From NCBI GenBank assembly GCA_039586795.1, contig JBDHJS010000003.1:64001-128000 (forward strand): a DNA stretch of 64,000 nt. Direction: 5' to 3'. This DNA is from Gemmatimonadota bacterium. Lineage in GTDB: Bacteria > Gemmatimonadota > Gemmatimonadetes > Palauibacterales > KS3-K002. The notes under the pieces are model-generated. The model saw only the letters and a list, made by a program, of their open reading frames with translations, did no database searches and was not told the origin of the DNA. Below, in pieces: positions 37,216 to 46,986 of the stretch. A program made the translations under genes and the position numbers. Within the stretch, counting starts at the first letter, position 1. Each line of letters opens with the position of its first letter.

Positions 37216-38214
37216 TTGCAGGCAGAACCAGGCGACACGGCGCACGCACCCGTTTTTATCGTGGGCTGTCCACGATCGGGAACGACGTTGCTTTACCACA
37301 TCCTCCTTTCGACGGGAGACTTCGCGTACTACCGAGCGGAGTCTCACGTATTCGACATCATCGTACCGCGATTCGGCAGCCTGAGAACGACGGCGGCGAA
37401 GCGGAAGATGCTGGACACGTGGTTGAGCAGTCGGTTGTTCGAGGTTTCGGGGCTCGAAGCGCGTGGCATCAGCGACAGGGTCCTATCGGAGTGCCACAGC
37501 GGCGGGGATTTCCTTCGCGCGCTGATGGAGAGCATCGCAGACGATCAGGGTGTCAGTCGCTGGGCAGATTGCACTCCGGCGCATCTGTTGTTCATGCGGC
37601 AGATCAAGCGGCAGATACCGAGTGCCAGATTCATTCACATCGTTCGTGATGGGCGCGATGTCGCCCTATCGTTGGACAAGCTTGGCTGGGTCCCGGCGTT
37701 ACCCTGGGACCGACGCCCGACGCTGCTGATCGCCGGTCTGCGATGGGAGTGGGTGGTTCAGAGAGGACGCAAAGAAGGTAGCAAGCTCGGCAACGATTAC
37801 CTGGAAGTGGCCTTCGAGAAAGTCGCGGACTGGGATACCGAGACCATGGCTCGGATCGCCGAGTTCATCGACCACGAACTGAACTACGAAGAGATACAGG
37901 CGTCCGCGGTAGGGTCGGTTGGCGCGCCCAATACCGCGTTCGAATCCGGCGGCAGCGGTGCGGCGTTCAAACCAGTCGGGCGCTGGAAGTCGAAGTTTCC
38001 CAAGGAACAGCTGGAAGCGCTGGAAGGGATGATCGGCGACTCTCTTACGAGTCTTGGCTATTCTCTATCTACCGACAACGGCGAGCATCGCTCATCTATG
38101 AGTCTCCGGCTGATGCGAGCCGAGTATCAGCAGTTTTGGTCGCTGAAGCACTGGGTCAAAGCCAAGACGCCTCTGAGTCGGGTGCTGACCGACCTTGATG
38201 AGTTGGGCGAGTAG
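37216..38214 (+). CDS. PAPS-dependent sulfotransferase
   Basis: IVGCPRSGTTL, RDGRDVALS, VGRWK. Confidence 0.88.
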   Translation: MQAEPGDTAHAPVFIVGCPRSGTTLLYHILLSTGDFAYYRAESHVFDIIVPRFGSLRTTAAKRKMLDTWLSSRLFEVSGLEARGISDRVLSECHSGGDFLRALMESIADDQGVSRWADCTPAHLLFMRQIKRQIPSARFIHIVRDGRDVALSLDKLGWVPALPWDRRPTLLIAGLRWEWVVQRGRKEGSKLGNDYLEVAFEKVADWDTETMARIAEFIDHELNYEEIQASAVGSVGAPNTAFESGGSGAAFKPVGRWKSKFPKEQLEALEGMIGDSLTSLGYSLSTDNGEHRSSMSLRLMRAEYQQFWSLKHWVKAKTPLSRVLTDLDELGE

Positions 38215-38243
38215 TCGCTGGTCAGTTACGCGATCCCAGAACG

Positions 38244-39251
38244 CTAGTCGGCGCGCACCGCCACAACGTTGAAGCTACGGGTCAGGATCGGAACGGAGAG
38301 CGGAGAGCGCGCTAACGCTCGGTTCGCGGCCAGGCCAAGTCTGTACACAGGCCCGAGGGCCGTCTTCGAGTAGGCGGCGGGTTCAAGTAGCTCCGTTCGG
38401 AACCCACACTTCGTCAACATCTGATCCACGGTCTTGGGCGTGAAGCCCCAGATGTGCGGTGCGGGCACGACCTGTCCGCCGATCGTCCTCTTTCCCGCCT
38501 CCCGCGCCCGCGGCCTCAAGCGCCGATTGCTGCGAAGCCTGAGGATCACGCAACCGCCGGGCTTCAGCAGTCGTCGAATCGCTGTTAGGTCCCCCGCCGG
38601 GTCAGCGACGTAGTAAAGAGTGTCGAGGGAGACGACACAATCGAAGGAATCGGCGGGGAAATCGAGCTCCTGAATACGTCCAACTCTGAGGGGGACGTCG
38701 AGATTCTCCAGGCCCCACTCGACAGCGCTTTCTGAGATATCACAGCCGGAGGCATCGAATCCCTGGTCCATCGCCCACTTGGGGAAGTGGCCGTAAGCGG
38801 CGCCGACATCTAGCACGCTCTGCACGCCGAACCGGCGGAGTAGACGTGTGACGTCTTTGAAGATGGGTATGCGCCGCCCGCCCCAGTAGTCGGGGTCGGT
38901 ACGACGGAAGTAGCGCTCGTTGAACACCCAGCCCATGGCGTCCTGGGTGAGCCGGGGCGAGACGAAGATGAGGCTACAGTCCTCACATTGACGCACGCCG
39001 AGAAGGTTCCAGAACACAAACCGCGACAGTAGCCGGGTCCGCTCGCTGCCACACGCGCAACGCGACGTGGTTTCTATCGGTGTGAAGCGAAAGCCTTTAT
39101 CGACCGCCGTCCGCAGCCAGAGCTCCGGGTCGTCCACCACCGAGCCGTGCTTTCCGAGCGCCTCGAGCTGCGCTCTGACAGAATCTTCACCGTATTCGGC
39201 GGACAACTCGGCTGCGAGACGATCGATCTTTTCGCTGGACACCGTTAGCAT
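38244..39251 (-). CDS. Class I SAM methyltransferase with Cys-rich N-terminal region
   Basis: CACG..CEDC, VLDVGAAYG, GCD, LLKPGG, PHIWGF. Confidence 0.88.
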   Translation of the reverse strand: MLTVSSEKIDRLAAELSAEYGEDSVRAQLEALGKHGSVVDDPELWLRTAVDKGFRFTPIETTSRCACGSERTRLLSRFVFWNLLGVRQCEDCSLIFVSPRLTQDAMGWVFNERYFRRTDPDYWGGRRIPIFKDVTRLLRRFGVQSVLDVGAAYGHFPKWAMDQGFDASGCDISESAVEWGLENLDVPLRVGRIQELDFPADSFDCVVSLDTLYYVADPAGDLTAIRRLLKPGGCVILRLRSNRRLRPRAREAGKRTIGGQVVPAPHIWGFTPKTVDQMLTKCGFRTELLEPAAYSKTALGPVYRLGLAANRALARSPLSVPILTRSFNVVAVRAD

Positions 39252-39252
39252 C

Positions 39253-40284
39253 TCATTCGGCTTTCCACACCATGAGTCGCAAGCGCTCCGCGCCCGTGAT
39301 CACACGTGTGGCGTAGGTCAGGCTGTTCGCGTTTCCGAATCGTCCCAACTTGAATCGCTCATCCGGATCGGCCTTGGCGGCAGAACGACTGACGTAGCGG
39401 TTCTCGGTGACGACGGCGGCCAGGTACCCGGCGCGCTTGAGGTTCTCTATCTCCCTCTGGCCGAAGTCGGGCCAACGCCCGTTCGGATAAGCAAGAATCG
39501 GTACCGGCTTGGTCGCTTCAGCGCTTAGCCGCGCCAGCGACTCTTCGATCTCATACCGCGATTGCTCTTCCGTAGCTTGTGCCAGGATCGGGTGCGTGAC
39601 AGAGTGGGGGCCGAACGTCATTCCGCTAGCCTCACAGGCGCGCAACTGATCCCACGACATCGGCTCGTATTCGAACGGCGCGCTATCAGGAAGGTCGACT
39701 GCGGCAGCAACCGCCAGAGCGGCGATACCCGCGTGCTTCTCCTCGTCGGCCACTCGCTTGCAGCGCTCGGTGAAATCCTGGACGGCGGACGCACGCTGAG
39801 ATTTGTCTTCCCAGTTATAACTCAGATTGGAATCCCCGAGCTTCACGGAGAAGCTCTGTCGGGTCGCTTTGAGAAACACGTACTCGATCTTGTCCCACCA
39901 GAACCAGAGCTCTCGATCGAGGAAGCCCGTCGTCACGAACGTGGTCACCGGGCAATCGAACTCCGCGAACAGCGGCGCGCCGATCGTCGCCTGATCCACG
40001 AAGCCATCGTCCATCGTAAAGGCCACCGCACGATGCAGCGGCGGCCCTTCACCCATAGAGCGCGTCACCAGCTCATCCAGAGGGACGAACTCGCAGCCCT
40101 GTTCACGTAGATAGGCGAGCACGCCACGCAGCAGTTCCGGGTCTCGGCCCGGCGTGCCGCGCTCGGGATCGGCCAGGCGATGCAGCCGGAAGATGACTCC
40201 CTGGCCTCGCGCAAGCGGAGACAAGACCGCTCTTACGCCGGGGAACGACAGCGCCTTCCCGACGAGCTCGCCCAGCCTATTCAT
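39253..40284 (-). CDS. Polysaccharide deacetylase (CE4/NodB)
   Basis: FTMDDG, HSVTHP, AYPNG. Confidence 0.88.
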   Translation of the reverse strand: MNRLGELVGKALSFPGVRAVLSPLARGQGVIFRLHRLADPERGTPGRDPELLRGVLAYLREQGCEFVPLDELVTRSMGEGPPLHRAVAFTMDDGFVDQATIGAPLFAEFDCPVTTFVTTGFLDRELWFWWDKIEYVFLKATRQSFSVKLGDSNLSYNWEDKSQRASAVQDFTERCKRVADEEKHAGIAALAVAAAVDLPDSAPFEYEPMSWDQLRACEASGMTFGPHSVTHPILAQATEEQSRYEIEESLARLSAEATKPVPILAYPNGRWPDFGQREIENLKRAGYLAAVVTENRYVSRSAAKADPDERFKLGRFGNANSLTYATRVITGAERLRLMVWKAE

Positions 40285-41252
40285 CGGCCTCTCCGGCTAG
40301 CGCGACGCCTTCGGCGCTGTTTCCACGTACGCACCACCAGATCGCGGGCCCACCGCCGTTGCATCCGCTTCCACTCACGCTTCGGAAGATCCTCCGTACC
40401 GTTGGTCTCGCGAAGCCAGTCGAGAAGCTCAACCACGGTTGGGAACCAGCCTGGCCGACGCGACAGTGCTTCCAAGCGCTGGCGCGTGACATCATCGACC
40501 ACACCGTCTTTCGCAAAACCCTTCCCCAAGTGCGTCGCAACTATGCAAAACCCTCCCTCCTTCTCGAGCCGGTCCAGGCGTCCGGGCTCGATCAGATCTC
40601 TGAACTCGATGCAGTCTTCCGCGTCAGCTGCCGAATACCACCAACGAACGAGCGGCCGTGACGGGTCCCGGTACGGCATCGACGGATTGATGTTCGCGAG
40701 GTTGATCTCGTCGAACGTGAGGTTGCGAACGTAGTCAACGTGGCTGGTGCAAAGGTCACCCCACCAATAGGGTGAGCCCTCCACGTGCCCCAGGTAGTAG
40801 TCCTTTGGAGTGCTGTTGAATCGGCCGTACAGCATCTTGATCACCGGATCGTCGAGCCGGTCCGCACCCCAGTACAGGTTTTCGCGGTTGAATGCGTGGT
40901 TAGCATGTACTCTGGGATAGGCCCCAAACAACTCGCGAAACCGCTCCAAACCGGCCAGCGTCCGCTCACGCTCGCTCGACTCCATCGTCGCGCAATGCCA
41001 GGCAATCTCAAAACCACGCTCTTGCAGATCGACAACGAAGTCGCCGTACTCTTGGTCCTCCAGCGTCTGCGAGCTCGAGAAGTTCTGACTGCCCTCCGGA
41101 CAGGGCATCGGCCAGACGGTCTTGGTGATCCGCATGCCAAGCTCTTCTAACAGCCGATACACGGGCAGCAGGTTCTCGACCGTTCCGACGTCGGTGTCGT
41201 CGATGATCGTGAACGCGAAGCGCTTGCCGCCAGGATACTCTGCCTTTGACAT
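40281..41252 (-). CDS. Deacetylase-like (NodB-fold) hypothetical protein
   Basis: FAFTIIDDTD, EIAWH, ANHAFN, THLGKGF. Confidence 0.6.
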   Translation of the reverse strand: MSKAEYPGGKRFAFTIIDDTDVGTVENLLPVYRLLEELGMRITKTVWPMPCPEGSQNFSSSQTLEDQEYGDFVVDLQERGFEIAWHCATMESSERERTLAGLERFRELFGAYPRVHANHAFNRENLYWGADRLDDPVIKMLYGRFNSTPKDYYLGHVEGSPYWWGDLCTSHVDYVRNLTFDEINLANINPSMPYRDPSRPLVRWWYSAADAEDCIEFRDLIEPGRLDRLEKEGGFCIVATHLGKGFAKDGVVDDVTRQRLEALSRRPGWFPTVVELLDWLRETNGTEDLPKREWKRMQRRWARDLVVRTWKQRRRRRASRRGR

Positions 41253-41320
41253 ATCAACTTTCAGAAGCGTGGTTCACTGGGACCGCGGTTCCCATCTCGA
41301 CACGCGGCAACGCCTCGTCT

Positions 41321-41336
41321 CGCAAGAGTCGGACCC
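41321..41336 (-). promoter_or_regulatory. Sigma54 promoter for deacetylase/methyltransferase operon
   Basis: GGGTCCGACTCTTGCG, GG-N10-GC. Confidence 0.55.
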
Positions 41337-41415
41337 CCATCAGGACGCCAAACCGGCCCCAACGAAGCAGGGGCGCCCCGCGGTCGAACAGCGGCGCGAC
41401 CGGCGCTTTCCCGGG

Positions 41416-41433
41416 TGTTGCGCCTAAACCACA
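41416..41433. promoter_or_regulatory. Upstream activator site between divergent genes
   Basis: TGTTGC-GCCTAA-ACCACA, about 80 bp from sigma54-like sites on both sides (+ strand TGGCCCCGTTCGTGCG at 41514-41529). Confidence 0.6.
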
Positions 41434-41573
41434 TTACGCTCCATTGGCTGTCACGCCAGCCACTTACGGACGGTCCCATCGAGCAGGCGCTGACCGAGGC
41501 AGCGCGTCGCGTCTGGCCCCGTTCGTGCGGAGCAGCGGTTGGACTCGACCCTGCAACCGCGGGAGGAGGCGGA

Positions 41574-42977
41574 TTGAATCAGGCTTCGCGAACAAGTCGG
41601 CCAACCATTCTGATGGTCGCCTACCATTTCGCACCCGAGAACGTGAGCGGCACTCACAGATCGCTGCATTTCGCCCGCGATCTACACGAGGCGGGTTACG
41701 GCGTTCGTGTGATCACCGTGAGCGAGTCCCGGATAAAATCGATAGATCGCAGTCTTTCGGACGTCTTTCCCTATCCAGAGTCGATCACTCGAGTGGATCA
41801 CGGAAGCACGATCGGTAGCCTGTACCTGTCGGCAAAGCGGTCAGATTCTGCTCAGCAGGCCGCGACCGAACCATCAGGGCAAGTTGATCCGGCTCAGCGC
41901 GCCGAGAACAACCGCCGCGGATTTCTAACCCGACCTTTAGCGTTTCTGAAGCGACAGGTCGCCGCGTGGGATGTTCTGCCGGACGAGCGACGCGGGTGGT
42001 ACAAACCGGCGGTGAAGGCCGGTCTCGAGCTTGGCAACACGGAGCGAATAGATGCGGTCTTCGCGTCAGGGCCGCCGTGGACCGCCGTGATGGTCGCCCG
42101 CAAGCTGGCGCGAGAACTCAAATGTCATTTGATCGCAGACTTCCGGGACCCGTGGACGGGAAACACGGGCCGGCAGACCCCATACGATGCGGAGTGGTGT
42201 CACTGGATAGCAAAGCGCTGGGAGCAACGCACGCTTCGAGAAGCCCGGCTCGTGCTCTTCAACAGCCCCTCGATCATGGAGGCGGCGGGTCGGAGCTCCG
42301 GCGCAGTCAACGCGTCGAAGCTTCGCAGCATACCCAACGGCTCCGACATGCGTCGGCGTGAGTTCGAATCGCCGATTGCCGCCGAAGGACAGCTGCGCAT
42401 CCGCCACTTCGGCAATCTGTACCGCGGGAGATCGGTGCAACCGCTCGTCAGCGCACTGCAGGCCCTGATTCGCGACGGCTCGCTAGAACCTGGCGAAGTC
42501 TGCGTCGAACTGATCGGCCGCATCGCCGCGGAAGTGCAGGAACTGGTCGCCTCTCCGCCCGACGGAGTAGAATTCAGAGCCGTCCCCACGCTACCCTACA
42601 CCGAGGCGGCAGAGCTGATGATGGAGCCCGCGGTTCTGCTCGTCGTGCAGCCGTCCAATCTCAACGTTCAAATACCGACCAAGCTCTACGACTATCTATG
42701 CACCGGAAACCCGGCACTCGTCATGGCCGCGGAGGACAGCGCTACGTGGGCGGCCGCCCGCAGCTTCGGGCGCTGCGCTCGCCTGCATCCGGCCGAATCA
42801 ACTTCAAACGAAGACGTACTCAGGAAGCTCGTCGACAGTTGGCGTTCCGGTAACCTGAAACAGGAGCGAACGGTGGAAGACACCGAGGCGCTGTCGAAGA
42901 AGGCGGTGGGCGAGATGTTCCTGGGCGCCGTGGCGCCGATCCTCCGGAACCAGACAGGGGATAGTCGGGACCGTTAG
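41574..42977 (+). CDS. GT4-like glycosyltransferase
   Basis: GGAGGAGG then TTG 41574; MVAYHFAP, ASGPPW, ADFRDPW, IPNG, PTKLYDYL. Confidence 0.85.
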   Translation: MNQASRTSRPTILMVAYHFAPENVSGTHRSLHFARDLHEAGYGVRVITVSESRIKSIDRSLSDVFPYPESITRVDHGSTIGSLYLSAKRSDSAQQAATEPSGQVDPAQRAENNRRGFLTRPLAFLKRQVAAWDVLPDERRGWYKPAVKAGLELGNTERIDAVFASGPPWTAVMVARKLARELKCHLIADFRDPWTGNTGRQTPYDAEWCHWIAKRWEQRTLREARLVLFNSPSIMEAAGRSSGAVNASKLRSIPNGSDMRRREFESPIAAEGQLRIRHFGNLYRGRSVQPLVSALQALIRDGSLEPGEVCVELIGRIAAEVQELVASPPDGVEFRAVPTLPYTEAAELMMEPAVLLVVQPSNLNVQIPTKLYDYLCTGNPALVMAAEDSATWAAARSFGRCARLHPAESTSNEDVLRKLVDSWRSGNLKQERTVEDTEALSKKAVGEMFLGAVAPILRNQTGDSRDR

Positions 42978-44422
42978 CGCGGTTGCAGTCTGCGCGAACG
43001 ACGGACGCCTGACCGGCGACGGGAGCGGGGAGCACGAGCCGTCGCCCCGGAGGCCTGAGCTGGCGTGACAACACGTCGCAATGTCGGCAGATTCCCGTGT
43101 GCCAGGAAGTGCGTCTTCGATAGCCCAACGGCCAGACCAATCAGCACGTACGGGATGTCTGAGTACGCTTGCGACAGAAACATGCCGGCGACCAGGTAGG
43201 CAATCAACGACCCGATGAGACTCTGGGCCATCGCCACCTCGCGCCCATCGACGTTCGCCGCGTTGGGCGGTGGTCGCGCCATCAGCCACAACATGCGAAG
43301 GGCGAGACCGAAGAGGGCGAGGAAGACCAGCAGCCCTGTGACCCCCAGCTCAGCCCCTACCTCGAGGTATGAGTTGTGCGCGCTCGACCACTTTAATCCC
43401 ATGCCCCTACGCTCGCGCTCTCGCGCCAACTCGGACAGTCGACCCTCGGCTGTTCCGAAGCGGCCAATGCCTACGCCCAGTAGCGGCCGCTGGCCCATGT
43501 AGCCAACCGCCCGCTTCCACACCTCGAGTCGGCCCGTATCCGAGCGGCCGGACCAGTTGTAGTCCTGCGTGGGGTTGAGAAGCGTGGCCATGCGCTCCCA
43601 ATACTCGTCGCTCGCGACCGATCCGCCGGCGACGAGTACAAATACAGCGACGGCAACCCGAGCCCTCTTCGGCAACTCAGTATAGAACACGAGCCAGTAG
43701 CCGAAGACGGCAATCAACGCGAGAAAGGCACCCCGTGACCCACTGATCACTATCGCCGCCATCATGACGAGCACCGCGCCAACCGCCGCCCACTGGTAGA
43801 GCCGCCGCTGCGCCCGGGTCACGAAGTACGCCGCCATCGGCAACGCCACGACCATGTGCATCGCGTAGTCGTTGGAATCGTAACCGCCGAACCCGACCGG
43901 CCGGCCGGCTGTATCCTCAGGGCCACCGGTCATCACGATCATCGCGCCGTAAATCGCCCCACCGAAGACGAACGCACCTATGAAACGCTCAACGTCAGTG
44001 ACGTCACGAACGCAGGCCGCAACAAGAAGCGCGAACAGAATCGTCTTGATGAAGTGAGGAAACATGAAGCGGAAGCTCTGTGTCGGCCCCAGACTCAGTG
44101 GTATCGACAGGAACATCACCACGATCAGGGCTATGAACGCGTAGCTGATCGGGTTCAGGAGGTACTCGAGCCTCCGCCGCGGATCGGCGTCCAGAAAGTA
44201 GAGCCCGTAGGCCGCCAGCGTCGCCAGCGACGTGACCTGCAGCATCCCGACAATCGGAAACACCGACTGGAATCGCCACAGGTAGGTCAAGAGCATCAGC
44301 GCCACGGCAATCAGGAGCAGATCCCACTTCGGCCTGGCAGCCTCCGTCGCCGCAGCGGCAGCCCGGGCTTGCGCGCGCGAGGGATACTTCACCTGATTGT
44401 TCGCGGCACTATTCTGATTCAC
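42974..44422 (-). CDS. O-antigen ligase / Wzy-like polymerase
   Basis: About 12 TM segments, SGSRGA, R...W, GVGIG.F, AHNSYLEVGAELG. Confidence 0.88.
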   Translation of the reverse strand: MNQNSAANNQVKYPSRAQARAAAAATEAARPKWDLLLIAVALMLLTYLWRFQSVFPIVGMLQVTSLATLAAYGLYFLDADPRRRLEYLLNPISYAFIALIVVMFLSIPLSLGPTQSFRFMFPHFIKTILFALLVAACVRDVTDVERFIGAFVFGGAIYGAMIVMTGGPEDTAGRPVGFGGYDSNDYAMHMVVALPMAAYFVTRAQRRLYQWAAVGAVLVMMAAIVISGSRGAFLALIAVFGYWLVFYTELPKRARVAVAVFVLVAGGSVASDEYWERMATLLNPTQDYNWSGRSDTGRLEVWKRAVGYMGQRPLLGVGIGRFGTAEGRLSELARERERRGMGLKWSSAHNSYLEVGAELGVTGLLVFLALFGLALRMLWLMARPPPNAANVDGREVAMAQSLIGSLIAYLVAGMFLSQAYSDIPYVLIGLAVGLSKTHFLAHGNLPTLRRVVTPAQASGATARAPRSRRRSGVRRSRRLQPR

Positions 44423-44521
44423 AGTAACCTCAGTTTAGGAACGCCGATGTCTTAACGCGGGCCGCACAATGAAAGTGCCCTACGCGGCACCCATCTGACA
44501 AGCGCCTGTACTTCATCCACG

Positions 44522-45970
44522 TCAATTGCCGGCCGCCTCGCGGGGAGGAGGATCGGCACCGCACCAATGCAATTCCACTCTATAGGTTCGGTAGTCCAGT
44601 CGCGGTCGCTCCGTTGTGAGCACCTTTCTGCAATTCGCGTCCAACCACCGGGCCCCACCGCCCACATCCCCTACCATCCCGTAACGACGGAACGACGCAA
44701 CCAGCCAGAAGCCGGAGTTCTGCTCCAACTTGTCGGCAAGAAACTGGGGATCGGCACGCACGGTCTCGAAATCGAGATCGGGCGCATAGTATCGCTGAAT
44801 CGTGCCGGGCCACCCAAGAACGGGACGATCGCCAGCGACCCGCTCGATATAGGAGTAGGCTGGGCGGTAATCGAACCTGGTGCCATCCGAAAGGTGTGAG
44901 ACCGTGCCCGGCAACACCGCAGCGGCCAGGACGAGGGTAACTACGCCCATAACGTAGGATTGTCCTGACGTCATCTTCTCGGCCACGCGCTGGGTGAAGC
45001 CGCCCACTGTGACGTACACGAGCGGTAGCATCGCCATGCCGTAGTCGGCGTACACCGACCGGCTAGCTGACATCACCATCATCAATCCTGAACCGGTGAT
45101 CCAGGCGAACCAGGCGAGCGCCCCCCATCGCCGGTCTGAGCCCACACCCTTGAACAACAGATAGGCGCCGCCGACAGCAGCCACCGCCACAACGGGAGGA
45201 CTCGTCCACTGCACCATAGCCGGCACGATTCTCAGCGCCGCAACAAGTCCCCTTGTCTCGTTCAGCGCCCCGACTATGCCGCTGAGAAACAGGTAGAGCA
45301 CTCCGATAAGGCCAACGACAGCGAGCGGCCCCCAAAAGTAGAAGAGACCCCGCCGTGATGGCAGCGAGAGACCCACGCGGCCTTCACTCGAAACGAAGAG
45401 AACCGAGGCAAACGCTCCAAACATCGGGAAGGCGAAACTCGGGTGCGTCAGAGCGCCCACCATCAGGAGCACCAGCATCAGGACGTAACCGCCCACCCGA
45501 TCCGTGTCGAGCGCGTGCAAGAGCACCAGGTAGACGACCACTGCCAACAGGTACACAAGGGTCCAATAGCGTGCGAACTGACTGGCATACAGATGCCAGG
45601 CCGATATCGAGACGAGGAACGCCGCGATGAGCCCGGCCGGCACGCCGAAAACCCGGCGACCGAGCTCGTATGTGACCCAAACACCGAGAACCCCATAGAG
45701 GAAGGGTTGAATTCGCAAATACAACGGTGTATCGGGTGTGACTTTGAGCAGCAGGAATTGCAGGAAATAGTAGAACGGTCTCAGGTTGAACTGTTCACCG
45801 AATTCCACCGAGTCATGCAGCGTGTAGAGCTCATCCTGGTAGACCGGCCACTCGGCCAGTTTGTAAAGGCGCAGCAATACAGCCAGCAGGAGAATGCCCG
45901 CAAACAGCCAGGTACCCGCCGATACACTGCTCGCTGACTTGGTTGAGGTCGGCAATTCCGTCGGTCCCAT
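44522..45970 (-). CDS. GT-C glycosyltransferase (ArnT/PMT-like)
   Basis: Polytopic; DE motif after TM1 (YQDE); SQFARYW. Confidence 0.8.
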   Translation of the reverse strand: MGPTELPTSTKSASSVSAGTWLFAGILLLAVLLRLYKLAEWPVYQDELYTLHDSVEFGEQFNLRPFYYFLQFLLLKVTPDTPLYLRIQPFLYGVLGVWVTYELGRRVFGVPAGLIAAFLVSISAWHLYASQFARYWTLVYLLAVVVYLVLLHALDTDRVGGYVLMLVLLMVGALTHPSFAFPMFGAFASVLFVSSEGRVGLSLPSRRGLFYFWGPLAVVGLIGVLYLFLSGIVGALNETRGLVAALRIVPAMVQWTSPPVVAVAAVGGAYLLFKGVGSDRRWGALAWFAWITGSGLMMVMSASRSVYADYGMAMLPLVYVTVGGFTQRVAEKMTSGQSYVMGVVTLVLAAAVLPGTVSHLSDGTRFDYRPAYSYIERVAGDRPVLGWPGTIQRYYAPDLDFETVRADPQFLADKLEQNSGFWLVASFRRYGMVGDVGGGARWLDANCRKVLTTERPRLDYRTYRVELHWCGADPPPREAAGN

Positions 45971-45990
45971 GCTCTAGTTCAGCGGACTAC

Positions 45991-46986
45991 TCACTCCGAG
46001 TCCTCGATCGACCGACGCGCAACCCGGTAGGACGGCCGCCGCGTAGCGTGCAGGTGGACGATGATCTCTCCGATCAGACCCAGCGCGATGGCCTGAACTC
46101 CAAGAACGACCAGAAGGACGCCGAGCAACAGCAGTGGTCGATCGGCAAGGCTCTCTCCGGCGAAACGCTGGATTAGAACGACCATCAGTATCGCGCCGCC
46201 GATCACGGACAGTCCACTGCCCATGAGTCCGAAGAAGCGCAGCGGCTTCTCCGTGAATCGCAGCAGAAAGAAGAGGCCAAGTACGTCGAGCAGTCGGCGC
46301 AGGTAGACTCCGGGAGAGTAGAGTCTCATGCCGACATCCGCCGAGTGCTGAGGACTGTCGACTTCTACGACCGAGTACCCTTCACGCAAAGCCAGCAACG
46401 GAATGAAGCGGTAGAAATCACCATAGAGGGGAATCTCATCAAGCAACTCGCGGCGCATGGCTCGCACGCCGCACGCCACGTCGTGCAGACGACCACGGCC
46501 GAGCTTTCCGATCAGCGCGTGGAACACTCGGCTCTGAAGTCGATTGATCCACGAGTCGCGACGCGGCCAGCGACGCGCCATCGCCAGGTCGGCGCCCTCT
46601 TCCACTTTCTCGATGAGCGCCAGCAACGCCGAAGGTTGCACTCGGCGATACGAAGGCAGCGTGAGTAGGATCGAACCCTTGGAGTGAGCCGCCGCCACCT
46701 TCAGCAATGCCGCTTCGCCCACCGGCTGCGCCAGCTCGAGTATCGAGATCGGCTCTCCCGACTCTCTGAGCGGCTCGAGCTCGGATGTCAGTTTCTCATA
46801 CCAGGGTTCTGCCACGAATACAAACTCGTAAGACCGACCCGCCTCTCTCAGAGGCTCCGCGTACTCGCGATAGATCTCGACCAGGGACTCAGGGCGTTCC
46901 CTGACCGGGACTATCACCGACACGACGACCTCAGTCGCACTTTCCTGGCTGGTAATCGTGATCCGCTCCAATTCAGCTGTCTTCAT
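45991..46986 (-). CDS. Degenerate ArnC/DPM-like GT2
   Basis: Aligns to the upstream GT2 (HDVACG..RRE, YRFIP, C-terminal TMs) but lacks DDGS and DxD. Confidence 0.75.
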   Translation of the reverse strand: MKTAELERITITSQESATEVVVSVIVPVRERPESLVEIYREYAEPLREAGRSYEFVFVAEPWYEKLTSELEPLRESGEPISILELAQPVGEAALLKVAAAHSKGSILLTLPSYRRVQPSALLALIEKVEEGADLAMARRWPRRDSWINRLQSRVFHALIGKLGRGRLHDVACGVRAMRRELLDEIPLYGDFYRFIPLLALREGYSVVEVDSPQHSADVGMRLYSPGVYLRRLLDVLGLFFLLRFTEKPLRFFGLMGSGLSVIGGAILMVVLIQRFAGESLADRPLLLLGVLLVVLGVQAIALGLIGEIIVHLHATRRPSYRVARRSIEDSE

